From assembly GCA_964016885.1 (NCBI GenBank), contig OZ024740.1:304606001-304670000 (forward strand): DNA of 64,000 bases, written 5' to 3'. How positions within the stretch are numbered: position 1 is the stretch's first letter; each line of letters opens with the position of its first letter. The notes beneath the pieces were generated by a model. The model made no database searches. It had not been told where the DNA came from and saw only the letters and a program-made list of their open reading frames with translations. The translations under genes were made by a program, and so were the position numbers. The DNA comes from Eledone cirrhosa. Taxonomy: Eukaryota. Of the stretch, positions 40,164 through 55,174 are shown piece after piece.

Positions 40164-43131
40164 AAAAAAATTAACTAGAAGAAAAAAATGAAATAATCTA
40201 AACCCCCCTAAAAATAGAAATAAAAATTCTAATGAGAAAGGTAAAAAAAAAAAAAAATGAAATAAGGCTGGAAAAGGACATTTTATTTCTGGTCTCCTAC
40301 CACCATCTCTACATTAAATTTGGCACCATAGATTGTTTACCAATCCTGTTGCCTTGTCTTCATTCTCATCTCCCTAATATCATGGAACATCAAGTGAAAA
40401 AACAAACAAAAAACAAAAACAAAAACTCTCACGCATCCCTTCCCATGATCCTTTGTAACTTTGTTTCTTTTTCCTTTTTTCTTCAATAATTCAATGTCAA
40501 TCAGTATCATACACATATAACACATCATTAGCTATGGATATTTTTCTACTCTTAGGATCAAATTGTTTCCTTCCTCAGACAAAGTAATGGTGTGATTTAT
40601 ATTACACTTATTACAATTTCAAACCGTAACCTTTCTTCCTATTTTAGAGAAAGAGAAAAAAAATAACGAAAATGTAAAAAAAAAAAAAAAGAAAAAAAAT
40701 TTTTTTTCATCTAATTTTTTAAAATATCATTTTATCAGCATTTAAATTTTTTGTTATTCCAATCTTTATCATGCGATTCATTGAATTACAAGCAAACAAA
40801 TCCATATCATATTCCATATTTCATGAACAAAAATCTTTGGACAAAATTACCAGGCATACCAAATTCTTACATAACTTTTATTGAAAAGGAAAATCTTATT
40901 TTACTCTACAGAAAGTTGTGAATAGTTTCTTTAATATTTAAAGCAAATATTTAGGTTGTTTCAGTGGTTTTAAAAGTTGTTCACTAATTATTAATAAGTG
41001 ATTTTTTTTTTCTTTTGTCTATGTTTTGACAATCAGAATGTAGAAACAGAAAGTGAATTAGGATTAAACAATCTCAATATAGAGAACATTTAACCCATAT
41101 ATCAGTTGTGGTTATTAAGGTCATTGTAAAAATGTTTTGTTATTGTAGCACTATTAAAAAAATGACATTAATATTACCATAGATATGAGGCAGCAATGCC
41201 ATCAAAAGATTGAAAACATCATCTTCTCACTGTTTTCTTCCTAACAATCCCATCCATGTAAGCATGAAAAATGGATGTCTAACAGTAAAAGAGTGTGTGT
41301 GTGTGTGTGTGTGTGCATGCACACACACACACCATAATTTAACATTGATATTAATGAAAGCATTTTCTTAATTTCTCAACTATACAATTAGTTCATATTT
41401 TGAAGATAACTTGAAATATATTCATCAACTTTTACATAGCAGCTATGTCAATAATTTGATGTTGATGCTGGAATTAATTTCAAGTAGTCTTGAACTCTTT
41501 AAACCTATACTAACAACCAAGTCGTAATTATTTTTCAGTGATGTTATTATAACTTGAACAAACTGATTTATAACGATGTCTCTGAATCTCTGAATTATCT
41601 AGCATGGCAGTTACCAAACATTAACATTTCTTATTGAGGATATATATATATATAATCTCATTCCAACTTTATTTGCTCGTAGCACATATTCATATTCCCA
41701 TATTTTAAATACATATTTCAGAATTTGATTGATTTTGTTAACATTTACATCAGAGATGGGCTTCCTGCCCCTTCTCTTTGCTAAAGCAGCTTATATGTTT
41801 GTTTTACTGATTGACAAATATACAATTAAAGGAACCAAAATGATGCCAGCAATCTACCAACAACATTCAGATATGTCTACTTCACCTACATACACATACA
41901 GATGTTAAGTTTTTGTTGTCAGAAACAATACTAGAACTAAAACAGTATCTCGCTTTACTCCACATTCTCTACATATTTGCTTTAGTTAGGTTTCCATACT
42001 GAGGAATTGTCAGTGTTTCTTTTACCAAAAGACTTACATAACAGAAGTCACATTGTGTTGATTCTTATAACTTTTTTTTATTTATTTGTCAGAATTTTTA
42101 CTTTCAGAAGCATTTTTTAAAACTCAATAAGGAAACAATTCCTTAAATCAATTTTTTGAAGAATGGATCTTCTTTTTAATTTGGTCAAATAGAAGAGTTT
42201 TTAAACCATTCTAATAACAGATGATATGGCAAAGAAACAGAAAAGGAATGGATTTCTATATTCAACAAGATACAATAGAGTTATTCTTTATTTCTTGAAA
42301 TTATCTCCTGTTTTATTTGAGCGCCTCTATCAATTGCCACTAGGTTTTTGCTTTTCTTCTCCAATTAAGAGGTAAATTTCACTTCATTAAGAATTTTTTG
42401 CATATGTGATTCAGTAAGTCACTGCTTACCTGCATGATATTGTTATAATTAAGTGATTTCTGCAAAGAGATTAATACATTGTAGATTTTAAGAATATGTG
42501 GTTTTATTATGTTCAGTTTTTTCCAGTGTCTTTTTGAAAAGAACCATTGGAAGGAAAAATCACTTGACTAAGGACACTGGAGTACGTTAAATTCATCAGA
42601 TCATTAATGACATTTTGCTGTTATCATCATCATCATCATTAGCATTCTCACTATTAGTCACGCTATCAGCATTGCTATTGTTATTGTTCATATTTTAGTG
42701 TAATTAGAAGGAATTATCTATTAATGTGTTAAAAAAAACTATGGCTGAATATTTTAATCATCCACTCTGACCTACCTTGTTGATTATATGAAAGGAATTG
42801 TTCACTGGTTTTCCTTTGGTATGTAAACCTGCTAATCACACACCCACACATCATATCACACATACACATCATATCACATCATACTATCTCGCACTACGTC
42901 ACACCACATTTCATCTTGTGTATTTGACAGGTTTCACACACTGTTCTACTCAACTAAGCAGCTGGAGGACATAGTTTAATACCAAAACACTCTTGCTTCC
43001 CCCCTCTCTGTTTCTTTCTTTCTCTCTCTCTTTCTGTATATATATACACATATATATATATATTTCTTGCCTTTAGTTTTTAATGTACTATACTTTACTT
43101 ACTGTTTAAAATACCAAGACACTTTTGCCCC

Positions 43132-43371
<240 letters not shown>

Positions 43372-44074
43372 TTCCCACTCTACTACCCTAAGTATTGAGT
43401 ACTCTGGTGCGTTATGGTCCATCTGGTTCCTTACCACAATTCCTTTGTTATATATATATTGCCTTTAGTTTTTAATGTACTATTCTTTACTTGAGGAGGG
43501 GGAAGAAAATACACAAATTAACGATTACTGCTGACCTCAGAAAAACATGTTTTTCTCCTTTTTGGAAAAAAAATTTATTTTTCTTTTATTTGGTAAAATT
43601 ATGTTGGATGTAAAATGGTTGAAAAGTTTTTAAACATTTTGGTTGAAATTATTGTTCCATTTCTATTATAACTTCTATTAGGCTTTGTTAGTACATTCAC
43701 AGCATTTATTTATGTTCATTAGGAACTTTGCAACTCTTTAGGTTTTGGCTTATTTTCACTTTCAAGACAACCATTTTTCAGACACCCTAAACAAGCTTTT
43801 TTTTTTCCCCCTTTTTTTTTCTTTTTTTTTTTTTTTTTCTCCAAGTTCTTGTAGTCAGAGGTCTGAAACCTAGTATGGTGCTGAAGTGTTTGTTCAGGAT
43901 AAACCCACAGTTGCACACACACTCCACTGCAACAGACTGGTGAGCCATTCTGACAGACATGGGTTTTCAGTGTATTTATGTGTTGTATTAAACCTTACAG
44001 TATTTTTATTGAAAATAAAAGAAAAAGAAATCTCTTCTCAATTTTGTTGCATCCAAAACAGCATCATTCATTAT

Positions 44075-45262
44075 TTGAAATATCTTATACTAGTACATTA
44101 AATATCTTTACTAGTACATCATCAAATATCTTATACTAGTACAACATCAAATATATTATACTAGTACAACACCAAATATATTATACTAGTACAACACCAA
44201 ATATATTATACTAGTACATTAAATATCTTTACTAGTACATCATCAAATATATTATACTAGTACAACATCAAATATATTATACTAGTACAACACCAAATAT
44301 ATTATACTAGTACAACACCAAATATATTATACTAGTACATCAAATATATTATACTAGTACAACATCAAATATATTATACTAGTACAACACCAAATATATT
44401 ATACTAGTGCATCAAATATCTTATACTAGTACATCAAATATATTATACTAGTACAACATCAAATATATTATACTAGTACAACACCAAATATATTATACTA
44501 ATACAACACCAAATATATTATACTAGTACAACACCAAATATATTATACTAGTGCAACACCAAATATATTATACTAGTGCAACACCAAATATATTATACTA
44601 GTCAACATCAAATATATTATACTAGTACAACACCAAATATATTATACTAGTACACCAAATATATTATACTAGTACAACATCAAATATATTATACTAGTCA
44701 ACATCAAATATATTATACTAGTACAACACCAAATATATTATACTAGTACACCAAATATATTATACTAGTACAACACCAAATATATTATACTAGTCAACAT
44801 CAAATATATTATACTAGTACAACACCAAATATATTATACTAGTACACCAAATATATTATACTAGTACAACATCAAATATATTATACTAGTCAACATCAAA
44901 TATATTATACTAGTACAACACCAAATATATTATACTAGTACACCAAATATATTATACTAGTACAACATCAAATATATTATACTAGTACAACACCAAATAT
45001 ATTATACTAGTCAACATCAAATATATTATACTAGTACAACACCAAATGTATTATACTAGTACACCAAATATATTATACTAGTCAACATCAAATATATTAT
45101 ACTAGTACAACACCAAATATATTATACTAGTACACCAAATATATTATACTAGTACAACATCAAATATATTATACCAGTACAACATCAAATATATTATACT
45201 AGTCAACATCAAATATATTATACAAGTGTAACATCAACTATCTTGTACTAGTACAATATCAA
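44075..45262. repeat. 22-25-bp minisatellite CTAGTACAACA(C/T)CAAATATATTATA, ~48 copies
   Basis: Visible tandem units with 22-, 24- and 25-bp length variants. Confidence 0.97.
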
Positions 45263-45597
45263 ACCAAACAGCATAGCAGTATCTAACCAAGCAACTCAAA
45301 CAATAATGTCTTTATAGTGTGTGATGTTTTTCATTGTTTTCAAAATATCACATTGTCTAACACTTACTTTGTCAGTGTTTTAATGTCTGATATTGATTGT
45401 TAACATTTAAAAGCTCAGAATTCTTACCTTGTAAAGCAGATTTTTTTAATGACTATTGTTCATTGATATATTATCTTAACACACACACACACACACACAC
45501 ATGAAACATTGTATACATACATCTATGTCTAATTGCTGCAACCTAGTACCCCATATCTCTGATAAAATATCCCCTTCTCTCTCTCTCACTCTCTCAT

Positions 45598-45629
<32 letters not shown>

Positions 45630-45834
45630 GGAACGATCGACTTTTTTGTCAAATCGGACCGAGGGAACAATGTTTCCGTTGGTCTTTCCAATTGCTAATA
45701 CTATCTATCGGTCGCAACTCCAGGTAGAAGGAGCAACGTGAAATAAAGTGTCTTGCTCAAGGACATAACGCATCGCCTGGTCCAGGAATCGAACTCACAA
45801 CCTTACGATTGCGAATACAATTCTCTAACCACTC
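45630..45834 (-). mobile_element. CORE-type SINE 5' part inserted in (TA)n
   Basis: aaataaagtgtcttgctcaaggaca...ggaatcgaactcacaacc...tctaaccact. Confidence 0.65.
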
Positions 45835-46012
45835 ATATATATATATATAATTAGTAGTAGTAGTACAGAAACTGTTTCAGAAGATCCCATTTAAGATGAA
45901 AGTAGAAATTCTTTGCTTAAATTTTAATCTGTGCTGATAATAAATATTTGCTCTACAGGTTTATATATTCTTTTATATATGTACAATCCTTATCGAGCCC
46001 TCTTTGGTTATA

Positions 46013-46056
<44 letters not shown>

Positions 46057-46281
46057 CCTCCCACATATGTTAGTAGAAAATTATGTACAAAACGTTTTGA
46101 GGTATCATAACTTAACTACCAAGTCATCAGATAATATATTTTAGTTTGAGTGATTATTAAAACTGAGGATGGTATGCATATATTTTTGAAGTTTTTCAGT
46201 TTGTTTTGTCCATCACATCTAAGGTTTTGCTGGATGAACATGTTTATATGAAAAGAAAGTATGGTGTTTAATGTAATTTAT

Positions 46282-46590
46282 GAAGGCAGATGGCTTAGTG
46301 GTTAGAGCATTGGGGTTGCAATCATGAGGTTGTGAGTTCGATTCTCAGACTGGGTGATGCGGTGTGTCCTTGAGCAAAACACTTTATTTCAAGTTCTAGT
46401 TCACTCAGCTGTAGAAATGAGTTGTGATGTGACTGGTGCCAAGTTGTATTGACCTTTGCCTTGTTGTATTGACATTGGTGGTGTGGAGAGAGGAGAGTGG
46501 TATGCATGGGCGACTGCTTGTCTTCTACAAACAACTTTGACCGGACTTTCTAGGTGCAAATTCCATGGTCTTTCATGACGAAAGGGGTCT
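46282..46590 (+). mobile_element. tRNA-derived CORE-type SINE, near full length
   Basis: A-box tggcttagtggtt, B-box gagttcgattc, and gtgtccttgagcaaaacacttta resembling the CORE domain. Confidence 0.8.
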
Positions 46591-47647
46591 TAATACTTGT
46601 GTAGAAAAGAGTAAAGTTATGCAAAGGGTTATGGTCAAATCAGAGAATTTGGTTTTGTCTCTATCACATTTATTTTCACTTGTACTCAGAATGTATATGT
46701 GTTTGAAAGAATAGTTTGTAAATAGTAAAGGGTTAATAACTTTTGGGTATTAATAAATGATTGGTTAGTCATAGCTGTACTGTAACAACAATTTGTAGTC
46801 TTTAGATTAATTTGCTTCCTTCTTGGTTATTGGAGAGAGAAAAGAAGGGGAGAGTGAGTGAAATTGTTAAGGTAAACAGTAAAGTCTGGTTTGTAAAGCC
46901 AAATTATTTGCAGGTGTTTGTTATTAGATCCATGTCTTTTAGAAAATAGGACACAACTGATGTTGTATGTTTTGATATATATGTCAAATTGAAACTGAAG
47001 AATTTTGCAACCAGCTGTCAAAATTTACACCAAGGTTTGGCAGATTTGACACAGATGTTAGGCACTTGGGTTAAATGCTCCACAGTCAGTTGTTTGTTAC
47101 TTTGGTAGTTTGTGTTTCTGGGTTCAAAAAGCACCATGAATGATTTTTTCTTTTTTTTTCTTTTTTTTTGCTACACGAAATAAAATTCGACCCTGTAATG
47201 TAATGTGTTGGATCAAATTTTTCATTTTTGTTTTCTTCCACTTACAAAACCAAAGTGTGACAAAGAAATGTTACTCATACATTGTATATATAGACACCAG
47301 AACATTTTCTATCCTCATCCATGAATATTTAAGGCCATGATTGCAACTTGGTATATCATAAGCATATACATAAATGTAGGGCTGTACCTATGAGTGAATT
47401 TCAATTCATTATTACTTCATATAATGGAAAACTTGTCAAGTGTAAAGTTGTGTTTTTGGTAACAGGAAGTACACTATACTAGCTTATATTTACTTGCAGC
47501 TAAGAGGCCAGACCTATTGAGAGTTATTTCTCTTGACCATAGACACAGGTGAGGTACTGGCCAAATAAGGATATATTGAATTTGCTGGTTCAAAGTAATC
47601 CTTATCAAACTGGCTGATTATTGATGGCAACTTCTTTTCCCATCTTT

Positions 47648-47920
47648 AAGGGTCTTTACCCTATTTTATAAGCTGTATTATAACATCTCCACATGAGCAC
47701 GCCACTCTTTATATATAATATATATATATTATATAAAACCCATGCAAACTGGCATAAACCTTCCTTAGGTACTCAAAATGTCCGAAGGAATCCGATGTTA
47801 TTGCTGCTTCGGGGAAACTGCAAGTACCTAGGAAGGTATATGCAAAGTTTGCCATGGGTTTTATATAATATAATATAAAGAGTGGTGTGCTCATATGCAG
47901 AAAATAGGGTGAAGACCCTT
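47648..47920. mobile_element. Foldback MITE (long imperfect palindrome)
   Basis: Outer arms aagggtctttaccctatttt / aaaatagggtgaagaccctt. Inner arms 47693-47774 / 47823-47894. The ORF track shows MSTPLFI on both strands. Confidence 0.8.
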
Positions 47921-48174
47921 TTTACCTCTGTTTACAGGTAAATATATTATATTTCTTTATTGATTACAATCTCACACTCAGGCAATGATATACATAGATA
48001 AACACACACACACATACATATACATGTGTATATATATATACACATACATATACACGTATGTATATTACTCTATTATATGTTACAGCTGACAGGCTGAGGC
48101 CATGCTGGGGCATCACCATATATATTCTTGAGTTGCACCTGGAGCTAGTGATTTCATTTGAGATGATGTATTGT

Positions 48175-48602
48175 GGTAGAGCCCACGTAGCCTGGTAGTA
48201 AGGGTGTTGAGTTTATGATCTTAATGTTATGTGTTCAATTCCTGGGCTGGGTTGTGGGTTGTATTCTTGAGCAAAACTCTTCATTTTATGCTGTTTCAGT
48301 ATGCTCAGCTGAAATTGAGTACCAACAGCAATAGCTGGGGGTTTAACCCTGCGATGGACCAGCGTCCTGTCCAGGAGAGAGTCTTTTACCCTTAGTCATT
48401 TCATGCCACGACACTGAGATAAGCACCGACCTGTCCAGCTTCATGGCTTGAGACTGACTTTAACCTTGTTGAGGACTGGTGTCCTGTCCAGAGAGAAGTC
48501 TTGTACCCTCGGTCACTTCACGCCATGAAACCAGGATCAGCACTGGTCTGATGAGCCTTCTGGCATGAGACAGACTCTAACCTTGCGATGGACTGGCATT
48601 CT
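48175..48602 (+). mobile_element. CORE-type SINE with tandemly repeated 3' module
   Basis: tRNA-like head and ttcttgagcaaaac, then taacc(c/t)tgcgatggac..gcgtcctgtccag recurring at ~48343, ~48461 and ~48578. Confidence 0.7.
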
Positions 48603-49705
48603 TAGTGATCAAAGTGAAGATTATCAATAACCATATTGTAGATGTATGATAAATTAAAAGGAGTATAATAACTATATATTTTTTACTGACTACAAAAGTT
48701 GTACTATGATGCACTTTTTTATTTATTTGTATGTATGTATGTATGAGTGTGTGTGTGTGTGTGTGTATCATCCTTTTATGCCTACGTTTTTCACTGACGT
48801 GTTAGACTGGTTGTCCTCATCTGAAACCAGATATGTCAAAATGACCTCATCATGCTCATGCTTTTCATATTTGCTGTGTTTTCTACAGATGGGTCTCCTT
48901 CCTAATGTCAACCACTTTACAGAGCATACATGGTGTGTTTTCCATGACACTACCTCTTTACAAAGTGGACTGGCTGCATTTTATTATGTCACCAACACTA
49001 ACATTTTACAGGGTGTTCTGGGTACATTTTATAATATACACCTGCACACACACACATTGTTAGTCAATTGACCAATTTTTATTTTATTTCATGCAAATAT
49101 AATAAACCTATAGGTTTATGTTGGGAGAATAACTTAATTGTGCCAACTAATAAAGCACTTGAAGCAACTATAAGCTGGTTCAATTTATACAGAGTTTAAA
49201 TATATTTGGTAGAGACTAGATCTTGGCTAGGATACTTTAGGCTCAACCAGCTGTGATTCATGTGTGTGTGAGGAAGACCACTAGTTCAATGTGAGTGAGC
49301 CTAATAGCCAGCTCAAATAAGAAGATCCCTTTGCTGGGATTGTACCATATATGTCTGTCTAATGTTCTCTCTATATATATAATATGTGTGTTATTGTTAT
49401 GTTACTTGAGTTACTGCTAACACAAAAACCTTTCTTGGCAGATATATATATATATATATATAATAGGTGGTTCAGTAGATATCTGGTTTACTGAGAAAGG
49501 TACCAAAATCAACACTATGCTAAGTGAGATGAGATTCTGGGTTTGCTTGATTAACAAGTCTGATAAGCAGATCAGGCTGGAGTTGGGTCTATAGCATTTA
49601 TATAGATCCTGAGCCACCCATCTGTGAAATGGTCGTAACTTTGTATAATCAATAAAACTTTAATGTTTTCAATATATATATATATACACACATACATATG
49701 CATTC

Positions 49706-49762
<57 letters not shown>

Positions 49763-50400
49763 CACATATATATATATGTATATATAATGTCAGTGCTCTG
49801 GAATTTCCTCCCTACCTATGGTTTTCCTACAGTTTTCAAGAAAAACATCATTCACATTAATGTCCTGTCTTGGAGGAGCTGCAAAGGTCATAGATACAGC
49901 CCCTTCTCCCATACCTAACAGGTAGTTGTAGGATATTTATTTAAATAGGAAAGAGAGTATTCAATAACTGTGGCAAATTCTTATCCTGATGCAAGAATTT
50001 CTATAGGTCATGACAAACACTTCATTTATCAAGTGAAATGTTACAATTTCTTAATATCAATTAGGTTTTTCTGACTACATAGCAACAACCTCTCTAGTTT
50101 TTGTTGTCTCCCTTTTAAATGTTACAATATTGACTTGTTGTTAGCAGCACTTTATTAGTTTGGTTGGTTGTCCCCTCTACCATGTCACTTTTATACACCC
50201 ACTGTTATAAGCCATAGTTGTATATTATTTACTGTTCAGAATTGTTGATGTATAATAAAGAATGCATCACTTGGTTTATAACTCCATCAGAATTGTACCA
50301 AGTGTACAGTAGTCCACAATCATTGCTGACAATGTTATCAGAACTGTACAGTGGTCTACAGTTATTGGTTAAAGTACCACCAGAGTAAATAGCCAAGTTT

Positions 50401-50442
<42 letters not shown>

Positions 50443-51869
50443 TGATAGCTTTCAAAAAGCAGGTACAATGCAGTAGAAATATATAAAGGGAAAAGGATGA
50501 CAAACAAAGCAAAAAGTAATGTTTTACCCAGTGTATTTCAACGTATTTCAGGGTTAATACCCTCTTTTCAAATGTGAAACAGAAATGGTTCAAAACTGTT
50601 TCTGTTTTAATTTTTGAAACTTACCAGTCATTTATTACATATCTCTCAATGCTTCATATCAACTATACTAATGATATATATATAAGAAAAATTGGGGACC
50701 CTAACGGCTGAACTCTGGCCGTTTCAACAGCTAAATCCAAACTGGTTTTTATCGCCTCCATTCTGATATATATCTATAATAATAATACTCTACCACAGTG
50801 TTTCTAGTTCTTCTTAACATTGACTATTACATTTTAACTGCTGATTTCTTTTCTTTTATCATTTTACATCATATTTGTATTTTATTCTTAGCTCTGTTTG
50901 AAATAAATCCTCCACCTCTCAGAAAAAAGAAATATCAAAAATAATATACATATATATATATATATATTTAAACACACACACATTATATATATATATATAT
51001 ATATATGGGTATATATATACACACATATATATATATACACATATATATATTTACATATATACACATATATATATACATATTTACATATATCTATGCATAT
51101 ATATATGTATATACATATTTACATATATATATACACACGCACACACACACACACACACAGATATATATATACATTTGAAACAAGAACAACAACAGGTATT
51201 AAATGTTTTTGAAGTCATATCATGCTGTCAATTATTTCTGTAAGCAAATCTGTCTTCACTGAAACCTTCTTCCTTCTCTGACATTTGTTTCATGTATTTA
51301 CCATCACTTCAAAACACTTCTATTTTCTGCCTTCATCTTCAATCACTATAGTATTCATCTCTATCACTGGTTCCTTTTTCTGTTCTCTGCCAAAGGTCTG
51401 ATGACATATTCTATGGAAAACTTGCATGTTAAATGTTGACAACAGAAGCCAAATTATCCCCTCCTCTCCCTATCAAAAGTTAACATCTGTTTACGTGCAA
51501 GCTATTGATTTATTCCATGAAATATCATCACATATTTTTCTCTTCTATATTCAGTTTTTTTTTTTGCATTCAACATGAATTATTTTCATTTTTTTTTTTT
51601 TATTTGTGAAACAAATTTTACAAAGCAATTTTGATTTCAATAATGAAAAATAAAATATATAATATTGCCATATTAAAAAGAAACTAAACATATATATATA
51701 TAATGTGATTTTATAATTTATAATTTTGATTGCATTTCTGTAGGTTAGTTTTTCAAAAGAAAGTCTTGGATAGAATTTTATCTTTATTATTTTTTTTTAG
51801 GTTTTATTGTTTCATTAAATTTCCTCTTTAATGATAAGTACCATCAGGTAGGTAATGACACATCTATGA

Positions 51870-51900
<31 letters not shown>

Positions 51901-52028
51901 ACCCACATTTCTGTAACTGACAGTAATCTCAAACTGTTGATTATATATTATGAGATATATTTTTGAAATAGCTAATTTTTTTTAAAACTCCTAGTACAAA
52001 CGTTCTAGTTGAATACTAATGCAGTTCT

Positions 52029-52029
52029 T

Positions 52030-52095
<66 letters not shown>

Positions 52096-52320
52096 ATGTA
52101 TATATATGCGTGTGTTTATATATATATATATATATGTGTGTTTATATATATATATATATATGTGTGTGTGTGGATATATATATGTGCGTGTGTGATATAT
52201 ATATGTGTGTGTGGATATATGTGTGTGTGTGTGTATATATATATATGTGTATGTGTGTATATATATATATATGTGTATATATATATATGTGTGTATGTGT
52301 ATATATATATGTATATATAT
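52029..52320. repeat. Compound (TC)/(TA)/(TG) microsatellite
   Basis: Direct reading. Similar tracts lie at 49670-49790, 50945-51175 and 43133-43248. Confidence 0.95.
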
Positions 52321-53641
52321 AGTTTCTCATTGCTGAAAGTTCAGTATATATATGTAAATAAAGTGGCTGACTTAAGAAGCATTGGGAAAATTTGAAATGT
52401 TTGCATTCGAATGCAAGTGACCACAATAAGTCGATCACTATAAATAATACTAGACCCGACTTTCTTAACTACTTTTTATAGTGGTTGACTATTATTATGA
52501 TCATTTGCATTGGGACACACACATTTCTAATATATATATATATATGTTGATGTCATATAATCCATTTTTTTTTTCTCTTGAAGCAATATATTTAATGTTT
52601 TCTAGAATCTAAGAATTAGAAGTTACTTCAATAGAAAAACAGAAATAATTGTAAATCAAAAATTCCTATAATTTTCTTTTTATTGAAACGGTAATATGAA
52701 AAAAAATGATGAAAAATTATTAAAAAAAAGAAAGTAAAATGATAGCCAAGTATTCTTCTAACCCCAAACATGTCATTAAATCATCTTGTTCATCAGAGAA
52801 CTGATATTCTAAAACACATTTTAAATGGAAAAAAATTACATTTTTAGAATGAAAAAAAAAAACAAAAAAATTACTAAGAAAAGCAACGTTTTCTTAGTAC
52901 AACTCTAAATTGCCACTAGTAGGTTTAGATTTTGCTGTTTGGACCAGTAATTACTGGTATCCACTGGACTTACATTTTTTCAATATAGTTGATTATTGCT
53001 TGGTCTGTTTGTGTTTTCTTGCTCACGTTTCTTCTCTGGCTCTTGTAAAATGTATCTTCACAAGCAACTTGTCAGAATGTTACATTTAACATTTATCTGT
53101 GTGGCTTTGTGAGCAACATAACTGCTTTGCAAGGAGTTGAGCTTGTTACACTCTGTCCTTTGCAGCATTATCATCTGTGGTAGTTGCAACCAATCTTGTC
53201 ATATATGGTAACACTGTCTTTTGATCTTAGTAAAGTCAATAAAAAGCTAAAAAAAAATATACGAATAATAAATACGTTCTTGTTGTTGTTATTGTTGTTA
53301 AAAGAGGAATTTATCCATAAGCCTAGATAGTTATTTGTGGCGGTGAATTCATGATGTCCCTCACGAATGCCGACCATGCACAACTATCGGAGGTAATTTA
53401 ATCGGTGAGGTCTAACCAATCGTGATTCCACCGGTGGGTACCGAACACACTTGGGCCCAGGTGGATTTACATGTTGTTTTTCATGGTGTGCAGCCAAGTT
53501 TTCAGCTGTCCACTACGTCATTTGCACCATCCTTGAACTAGTTGACCCAGTTGACGCCAAAGTGTGTGGCCAAACCAACTCAGTCGACATCCACTAAGAA
53601 CATTCCCAATCGGTTTTGATACTTGGTAATTATTTTATCTA

Positions 53642-54277
53642 CTAGCTGGCCCCGTGCCGTCAAAAATGACAGTTAAATGTAATATCTATACATAATATAA
53701 GAAAGAGATGTTTGTTTGTTTGTTGGTTGGTTCCTTTGCACTCACACACAAGTGATGCAAACACAGCCAATGTATGTAGCCAATTCTCTACACATATATA
53801 CACATAAGTGTGATGAATCTTAGAACGCTGGACTTCTATAGTTTCTCACATACCCCTCCTTCCTCAGTCATCACATAGATGTGTGTGTATATAATAATTA
53901 TTTTCTCTAAGTGTGTCTGTTTATATATATGTATGTATAGATGCATGTGTGTTAGTAATTCTATTGTCTATGTAACTTTCTAAATAAACACACACAAACA
54001 CATATACACTCACATAAATATTATATATAAATATAATTTACACAAACACACATACACACACACTAACACTCACATAATCATAAGAGTCGATGTGTGTAGC
54101 CAATTTGCTATACATACACACACACAGGTGTAGCGAATGTTAGATGCTGCTTTCTATAGTTTGTCATCACCTCTTCCTTCCTCAGTCATCTCTAGTGCAT
54201 GACGTCATCACCCCTTCCTTCCTCAGTCATCGCTAGTGTGTGATGGACAAATACACATTGGCTATTATTATAGTTGA
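53642..54277 (-). mobile_element. Helitron-like element
   Basis: A|CTAG plus a gccgtcaaaaatgacag hairpin remnant at the left, and ggacaaatacacattggctattattatagttga|t at the right. An internal duplication is present. Confidence 0.55.
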
Positions 54278-54569
54278 TATATTACTTTTACTGTTATAAT
54301 AGCCAAGTGAGAGCCATACCATCAGTATACTGCTGCAGTTTTCATTTTTACTTGGTATATAATAAACAAGTCAGACTAAAAGTAGAGGAAACAAGCAGGT
54401 CAGTTGGACTGTGCTTATGACTTTGAGGTGTGTGCTTGCCTCAATTAACGTACATTTATACTGTTCAATTTCTTGTACACTCTATAACTGCAGTCTAACC
54501 ACTGGACCCAGTAAAATAATAAAGAAATGTGTATATATAAGAAGTAGGTGTAAAAACCAAATTCGCTAT

Positions 54570-55012
54570 CTTCAATTCGGTATTCATGCCATCCCTTACC
54601 TATGCTCATGAATCTTGGGTAATGACCAAAAGAATACAATCATGAATACAAGCAGCTGATATGAGGTTCCTCTGAAGGGTCTTTGGAGTAACATTACTTG
54701 ATAGAGTGGATAGCTAGGAGATCAGAGAGTCACTACCTCTCCAAAATGAGAGATCACAGTTCTGATACTATGGTCATGTAGTTAGAATGTCCCAGAAAAG
54801 AATTGCTGGACAGATTTTACAGGAAAAAAAAAAACTGGCAGGAGACCCCGTGAAAAATGGTCGAATAACATCCATGAGCTTGGCTGGTCTTGCTTGTGGA
54901 TCTAGCCGAATTAGTTGGAAAGGGTTGCTTCTGACGGGACCTGCTGGAAGGAGTGTTTGAGGACTGCCCCCACAACCCTCTCAGGAATAGGTGAGTGAAG
55001 AAGAAGAGAAGA
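54570..55012 (+). mobile_element. Second RTE-like LINE 3' fragment with (GAA)n tail
   Basis: IQAADMRFL*RVFGVTLLDRV and YYGHVVRMSQKRI motifs, ending in gaagaagaaga. Confidence 0.7.
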
Positions 55013-55174
55013 CTGTTTGGAACATTACTTAAAGAAATGTCTTCAATAAAATTATGATGGAAGGTTTTAATATAAGTATGAACACTTTAAATGGGAATGT
55101 TTGCATCAATAAATCAGGGAGAGTTCAAGCAGATTGGTATCAAAAGTATTAACATATTAATATTATTTATTTAA

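Noticed and set aside
46288-46360. tRNA gene
   Set aside because: A and B boxes are present but there is no intact cloverleaf, and it continues into a SINE body found elsewhere in the window.
52009-52438. Tyr/Ile/Cys/Val-rich ORFs
   Set aside because: They are microsatellite translations, as are those at 39308, 43067-43313, 49663, 56293 and 59038.
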